NCBI GenBank assembly: GCA_945870155.1
Contig: CAMBSB010000003.1
Location: 16,708-80,707 of the forward strand
Source: Paludibacter jiangxiensis
GTDB lineage: Bacteria; Bacteroidota; Bacteroidia; Bacteroidales; Paludibacteraceae
DNA length: 64,000 bases
Direction of reading: 5' to 3'
Part shown: in pieces, positions 59,234 through 64,000 of the stretch
Layout: each line of letters begins with the position of its first letter
Position numbering within the stretch: the stretch's first letter is position 1
Notes under the pieces: generated by a model
Databases searched by the model: none
What the model saw: the letters and a program-made list of their open reading frames with translations, nothing else
What the model was told of the DNA's origin: nothing
Program-made: the position numbers and the translations under genes

Positions 59234-59914
59234 ATGAAAAAACAAGTGTCAGTCACCTTTATGGTGCTGGGGATGCTATTTACGGTATGCCTCATCGTTT
59301 CAAATATTGTAGAGCAAAAACTGATTCAAATCGGTCCTATTGAAGCCACTGCCGGCTTGCTCTTATTTCCTGTAACTTATATAGTAAATGATCTGATAGC
59401 CGAAGTTTGGGGCTATAGAAAAGTGCGTTTAATCATTTGGAACGGTTTCCTGATGAATTTTCTTGCAGTACTTATCTTCAGGCTTAGCATTTGGGTTCCG
59501 GGTTCCGAAAATTTCACCAATCAAGCTGCATTTGAACTGATATTGGGAAATACCCAACGAATAGTTATGGCTAGTTTTATTGCATTTTTATTCGGGGCTT
59601 TTCTGAATGCTTATGTAATGAGTAAAATGAAAATAATGCAACATGGACGTGGTTTTTCCATTCGGGCTATTGTGTCCACTTTGGTAGGCGAAGGTGCTGA
59701 TTCTATCGTGTTTTTTATAATTGCATTTAGCGGAGTAATACCTTTCAATGATCTCTGGATGTTGATATTGACACAAACAGCCATGAAAACAGGTTATGAA
59801 ATTATTGCTTTGCCCATAACCAATGTGTTAGTTAAATGGGTCAAGAAAAAAGAACAAGTAGATGTTTATGACAATGGCATTTCGTACAATCCATTGAATA
59901 TAAAAGAGATATAA
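59234..59914 (+). CDS. yhhQ: Queuosine precursor transporter (YhhQ/VUT family)
   Basis: LLFPVTYIVNDLIAEVWGY, RIVMASFIAF...LNAYVMSKMK, STLVGEGADS; preQ1 riboswitch upstream. Confidence 0.92.
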   Translation: MKKQVSVTFMVLGMLFTVCLIVSNIVEQKLIQIGPIEATAGLLLFPVTYIVNDLIAEVWGYRKVRLIIWNGFLMNFLAVLIFRLSIWVPGSENFTNQAAFELILGNTQRIVMASFIAFLFGAFLNAYVMSKMKIMQHGRGFSIRAIVSTLVGEGADSIVFFIIAFSGVIPFNDLWMLILTQTAMKTGYEIIALPITNVLVKWVKKKEQVDVYDNGISYNPLNIKEI

Positions 59915-59923
59915 TAAACCATT

Positions 59924-59956
59924 AACTTTTCCAAAGTTTAAAACTTTGGAAAAGTT
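59924..59956. terminator. Palindromic hairpin between convergent genes (likely bidirectional terminator)
   Basis: AACTTTTCCAAAGTTT / AAACTTTGGAAAAGTT arms. Confidence 0.6.
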
Positions 59957-59972
59957 AGTTGTAAATAGTTTT

Positions 59973-62072
59973 TTATTTTTTTCTCCAGTAACTTACTTCC
60001 GTCCATTTTTTCTCCAATAATCTTGTTGATTTATAAGAGAATAATGCTAAATTGTATGGCGTGTTTTCAAGTGTAAAATGATTGCCCAGCAATTCTTTTA
60101 TTCCTTCAAACGAAGTTAGCGGTTCGCCATCTTGCTTAAATCCACCCGGCCAATGTTCACGTTTTATGTTATTTAATTCCCAGTCGTAAGTGGAAGCTAA
60201 AATAAGTAAACCATTGTCATTCAGCCTTTCGTGTATGTTTTTCAGAAACAAAATGGGGCAATTAAGCTCTTCCAATAAATTTGGTGCAATAATAATATCA
60301 TAGCCTGTGTAAATACTTTTCAGGTTATTGGCATTGTCCTGCATAAATTGGATTTTTTTACTTTCTTCGCCATATCCTTTTTCAGCAAGTACCACTTCGC
60401 GATAAAATACCAAGTCACCTTCATCTTTAACAATGTAGCGCATAAAGCCCTTTTCCTGTAGTTGAATGGGCATGCGAATGTAACGGGCAGTAAAATCGAT
60501 GGCAGTGATTTTATTGAAACTTGCTGCCAATTCAAAAGCCAATCTGCCGGTATCGCAATTTAAGTCAAGTACGGTTTTATCCGCTTTATTATCAATGCTT
60601 TCAAGAATATCGCGAGCGAGCATTTTAGTGAAATTTGTTTCAGCCATTTCACTCCACATATTTTCGCAGGAGTTAGCCACTTCCATATCAGTTTCATATT
60701 CATCGGTATGGATTTGCAGTGGGTTTTCCGATTCTACAATTCTAAATCCGGCATGTTGATAAAAATGACGTCTGAAAGCATATCTGGCATCTTGTGTTGC
60801 TTCATTTCCTGTAGATATCCACGATCCGCCTTTGATTATATTGTGTTTCCCATCAAAAGTTGGAGTTGAGAAATCATCATACAAAGGATGTACTTTAAAT
60901 CCGGCATAACCTGTAATTGGTGTTTCAGTCCATTGCCACACATTGCCAATAAGATCATAGAAATCACCCATTTTAAACAAGTCAACAGGGCAAGGAGAAG
61001 CATATTTTTCAAGGTTAATATTGCCGGGAGCATTTTTCCATTCAAGTTCATCGGCTACATGACTTATTTCTACCAAATGTTTCCATTCGGCTTCGGTCAT
61101 CAGCCGATAAGTTTTGCCACTTTTTGCCGTTTTCCAATTACAATAAGCTTTTGCTTCGAGATAATTTACTTCTACAGGCCAATTCCAAGGCATAGCAACT
61201 TCTTCGGCAACCAAACGCAGGTAAAAATTATCGTCTTTTTTTCTCCAGAAGAGTGGCATTTCTGCCTTTTTGAACACACACCAATTCCAACCTTCTTCAG
61301 TCCAGTATATTTGATTTGAATATCCTTTGTCTTCAATAAATTTCAGGTATTCTCCGTTGGAAATAAGCATTTTTGATGCTCTAAAATCAGCCACAAATTC
61401 TTTGTGTGAACCATATTCATTATCCCAACCATACAAGTTGTTATCCATTGATTTTCCCATTTGCACTTCGGCACCGGTTACTTCTACCATTTCATTCAAT
61501 GGTGCAATGTCATTCAAAGTACAAATTTCACCAAAATTACCAGCTTGCACGTTTTCGAGAGCTAATTGTCGAATCAAAACCGAAGAGGTTTCAAGATGTA
61601 TTCTTTCATGCTCTATTCCCATCAAAATTATCCAAAAAGGATGATCCCAAGTAATAGGTAAAGTTAATTTTGTGTTTTTTATAACATCTATTATTAGCTC
61701 TTTAGCTGTATTGCGATATGCTCTAACTTCTTCAACTTTAGGCCAATTGTAATGTTTTTCATTTAAATCATCCCAACTCATTTCATCCACGCCAATGGCA
61801 AAAATTGATTCGAAATCGGGGTTAATTCTGGTTTCTATCACTTTTGCCAACATCAATTTATTGATAAAAAAAACAGCTGTGTGTCCAAAATAAAATAGCA
61901 GAATATGCCTCAGAGGATCGCCTCTGTGGTAAAAAATTTCATCAGATTTTAGTTGGGTGTAAAGCTTTTCGTCAACAGTCCAGGTTTTTTCGAAATAATT
62001 CAATATCTCTGCACGTTTTGATTCAATATCTCCGGATTTTAAATCAATAGTTTTGGCAACTAAATTTTGCAT
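59973..62072 (-). CDS. ovoA: 5-histidylcysteine sulfoxide synthase (ovothiol biosynthesis) with C-terminal methyltransferase domain
   Basis: RHILLFYFGHTAVFFINKL, GVDEMSWDD, HX3HXE motif EHERIHLE, FGE-sulfatase domain, YAFRRHFYQHAGFR. Confidence 0.93.
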   Translation of the reverse strand: MQNLVAKTIDLKSGDIESKRAEILNYFEKTWTVDEKLYTQLKSDEIFYHRGDPLRHILLFYFGHTAVFFINKLMLAKVIETRINPDFESIFAIGVDEMSWDDLNEKHYNWPKVEEVRAYRNTAKELIIDVIKNTKLTLPITWDHPFWIILMGIEHERIHLETSSVLIRQLALENVQAGNFGEICTLNDIAPLNEMVEVTGAEVQMGKSMDNNLYGWDNEYGSHKEFVADFRASKMLISNGEYLKFIEDKGYSNQIYWTEEGWNWCVFKKAEMPLFWRKKDDNFYLRLVAEEVAMPWNWPVEVNYLEAKAYCNWKTAKSGKTYRLMTEAEWKHLVEISHVADELEWKNAPGNINLEKYASPCPVDLFKMGDFYDLIGNVWQWTETPITGYAGFKVHPLYDDFSTPTFDGKHNIIKGGSWISTGNEATQDARYAFRRHFYQHAGFRIVESENPLQIHTDEYETDMEVANSCENMWSEMAETNFTKMLARDILESIDNKADKTVLDLNCDTGRLAFELAASFNKITAIDFTARYIRMPIQLQEKGFMRYIVKDEGDLVFYREVVLAEKGYGEESKKIQFMQDNANNLKSIYTGYDIIIAPNLLEELNCPILFLKNIHERLNDNGLLILASTYDWELNNIKREHWPGGFKQDGEPLTSFEGIKELLGNHFTLENTPYNLALFSYKSTRLLEKKWTEVSYWRKK

Positions 62073-62075
62073 AGC

Positions 62076-62597
62076 TTAATTAAGTTTCTTATGTAAATAG
62101 ATTTTTGTCATTGTAAACACTTCATTACCATTAGTTTTTTGCTGTTCAATGCTTGTAAATGGTTCAAATCCCATTTTTTTATAAAGCGTAAGCGCTTCAA
62201 TGTTTTGATCCCAAACACGAATATAAACATCATTTGTTTGAAAGGATTGCATTAATTCTAAGCAGGTTTTAATCATTTCTTTGCCTATTCCTTTTCCTCT
62301 GAAACCTTCTTTTACCATTAATTCACCAATATAATCACTATTTCCATAATCGATAGCCGGAAAAAGCTCTTTGGGAAAATGCTGATCGTAATTCAGGTTA
62401 TATGCAAGTAATACTCCAATAACCTTATTTTCTTCTAATGCAAGCAAAGTGTAACCATTGCTTATAAACAAACCAATGTGTTTTGTCAGGTGAGTTAAGT
62501 CAATGTCTTGCTGCGATATACCTTTCGAAAAAGTCTCAATATAAAGTGTAATTATATCAGAAAAATAGGTATTATCTTTGGTTTGAATAATCTTCAT
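62076..62597 (-). CDS. GNAT family N-acetyltransferase
   Basis: YIGELMVKEGFRGKGIGK acetyl-CoA motif; N..AL.LYKKMGF. Confidence 0.9.
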   Translation of the reverse strand: MKIIQTKDNTYFSDIITLYIETFSKGISQQDIDLTHLTKHIGLFISNGYTLLALEENKVIGVLLAYNLNYDQHFPKELFPAIDYGNSDYIGELMVKEGFRGKGIGKEMIKTCLELMQSFQTNDVYIRVWDQNIEALTLYKKMGFEPFTSIEQQKTNGNEVFTMTKIYLHKKLN

Positions 62598-62737
62598 GTT
62601 GATATACGTTATTAGTGGTTATATCTATGCAAGTGCAAATCTACTGATTTTTTGGTTATTTACATCTTTTTTTTAAACAAAAATCCCAAACATTTTAAAC
62701 TCAAATGTTTGGGATTAAAAATTTTATGTTGATATAT

Positions 62738-63421
62738 TTACTCGCAATTACAATTGCTTTTAAAAGTCCTGAAGTTCTTGTTAAATATCATATATTTCAT
62801 GTTAATTGAAACAGTAGAAGTCATATCATGAGGATACGAATTAGGCTTTGGATACCCATCAATTAAATCAGAAATAAAATAATGTAAATCTCCTTCAAGT
62901 CCCAAGCTTATACGGTCAGTTACTTTTACTTTATAGCCTAAACCCATGGTTACAAATGGTATAGGGCTGAATGGCTTAGTATTATTAAACGGTTCGGCAA
63001 TATTACCATTTAAATTTTCCCCCGAAATTATTGTCATGCCCACACCAGCAAACATGTAAATCGAGTTATCAATCGTTTTTCCAAAAGTAAATAAATTATA
63101 TTCACCTCTCACCGAAAAAGCAAATAAATTAGTATAAAAAAGCAAATTGTTATTTTCGAAAGCTGTATAATACCCATAATCAAAAGCAGCTTTCAGAGCC
63201 AAACTTTTTGTAAATACTTGATGAATTCCAATAGAATACATTTTGTTATTTATTTGATTAAAATTCTGATTGATAGGTATATTTATATCGCCTGCCAAAA
63301 CACTAATAGGTCCATAAGAAATATCCAAGGAAGTAGCTCCAACATTGATTCTTCTATTTTGTGCAGCTATACTCCCAGCAAAAAAAAGCAATAAAACTAT
63401 CGATAAAAATTGGTTTTTCAT
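62738..63421 (-). CDS. Outer-membrane beta-barrel (porin family) protein
   Basis: Signal peptide and eight-strand-like amphipathic pattern. Confidence 0.7.
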   Translation of the reverse strand: MKNQFLSIVLLLFFAGSIAAQNRRINVGATSLDISYGPISVLAGDINIPINQNFNQINNKMYSIGIHQVFTKSLALKAAFDYGYYTAFENNNLLFYTNLFAFSVRGEYNLFTFGKTIDNSIYMFAGVGMTIISGENLNGNIAEPFNNTKPFSPIPFVTMGLGYKVKVTDRISLGLEGDLHYFISDLIDGYPKPNSYPHDMTSTVSINMKYMIFNKNFRTFKSNCNCE

Positions 63422-63488
63422 TTTTTTATTGAGTTATGGTTGTTTAAAAGCTAAATAATTTAAACGAAATTTGAATTGAAATAGTATT

Positions 63489-64000
63489 TTAATATCTAAA
63501 ACTACTACCTCCAACAAACTCTCTTAAAAGTGAGGTTGGCGGAATTTCCCTTTCCGGTATGGAAACAAAATAATTCAAGAATTTAATCATTCTATGTGTT
63601 TCGGTATATTCATCACAGAATTTCGGAACTTCTGCTAAAATTGGCTCGGCATGTTTTTTCAATACAGCCAATTCAAACAAAAGGGCTGAGTTGAACATCA
63701 CGTCGGCATTTTCCTGATAGGGAAAAATCCATTTTTCTTCACCTCGTCTCACACTTGGCCAGCGGGCAATAGTTTCGCGGGCTGAATAGTTTCTGAATCT
63801 GTAATCCCTGATTATTCTCCTAAGCAAACGAGTGTCGGTGGTAGGTATCCAGTTATGATTATCAATAGAAATAGTTGTCAGTGCTGAAACATAAATTTTA
63901 AAAGTGAGATTTTGTGGAATATCAGAAATAAGTGCCGGGTTCAAAGCATGAATTCCCTCCATAATTAACACGCTATCATTACACAATTTTAATTTTTCAC
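63489..64000 (-). CDS. Nucleoside (uridine) kinase family protein, C-terminal part; 5' end beyond the window
   Basis: MEGIHALNP, RLLRRIIRDY.FR, RWPSVRRGEEKWIFPYQE.ADVMFNS. Confidence 0.9.
   Translation of the reverse strand, partial: EKLKLCNDSVLIMEGIHALNPALISDIPQNLTFKIYVSALTTISIDNHNWIPTTDTRLLRRIIRDYRFRNYSARETIARWPSVRRGEEKWIFPYQENADVMFNSALLFELAVLKKHAEPILAEVPKFCDEYTETHRMIKFLNYFVSIPEREIPPTSLLREFVGGSSFRY

Noticed and set aside
126-61654. Numerous 60-150 aa ORFs antisense or out-of-frame within long genes
   Set aside because: They are shadows of well-supported genes with no independent motifs or start signals.
1-64000. rRNA, tRNA, tmRNA, group II intron or autonomous IS transposase
   Set aside because: No conserved RNA signatures, cloverleaf patterns or DDE/HUH transposase ORFs were recognised by eye; a covariance-model scan would be needed to exclude small RNAs.

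Overview
AT-rich chromosomal window from a Bacteroidota genome, probably Bacteroidales (inferred from TAnnTTTG -7 promoter motifs, T9SS C-terminal sorting domains, TamL and a dual-membrane anti-sigma factor). Layout: (1) 1-14.4 kb is a defence/accessory island of short gene modules separated by attC-like hairpins and several families of small palindromic repeats. It carries RES, HEPN-like, NDT/TIR-like, UDG-like, OLD-type ATPase-TOPRIM and DUF559 genes plus a Lamassu/ABC-three-component operon. (2) 14.9-17.4 kb is an orphan holin/endolysin-like cassette. (3) 17.7-24.7 kb encodes a 2322-aa FN3-repeat T9SS cargo protein. (4) 26-39 kb is an ECF sigma/anti-sigma locus with tandem serpins and many Cys-containing lipoproteins. 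(5) 39-51 kb is mostly housekeeping (aroQ, pyk, TBDR, TrmH, tamL, rnhB, cvpA). (6) 51.7-56.5 kb is a second accessory block (DUF6175-type cluster). (7) 56.5-64 kb holds nikR plus a TBDR, a preQ1-I riboswitch with a queuosine precursor transporter, ovoA and a nucleoside kinase. Top candidate for a new system: the Lamassu operon has an LmuA with no enzymatic effector domain. Its N-terminus shares a motif, V-x-x-Q-[IF]-N-I-x-[DE]-N-x-G-x-I, with the C-terminus of a translationally coupled upstream 2-TM protein. This suggests Lamassu signalling to a membrane effector through an amyloid-like homotypic motif. All domain calls come from motif recognition by eye; no database searches were run. No rRNA, tRNA, CRISPR array, integrase or reverse transcriptase was seen.
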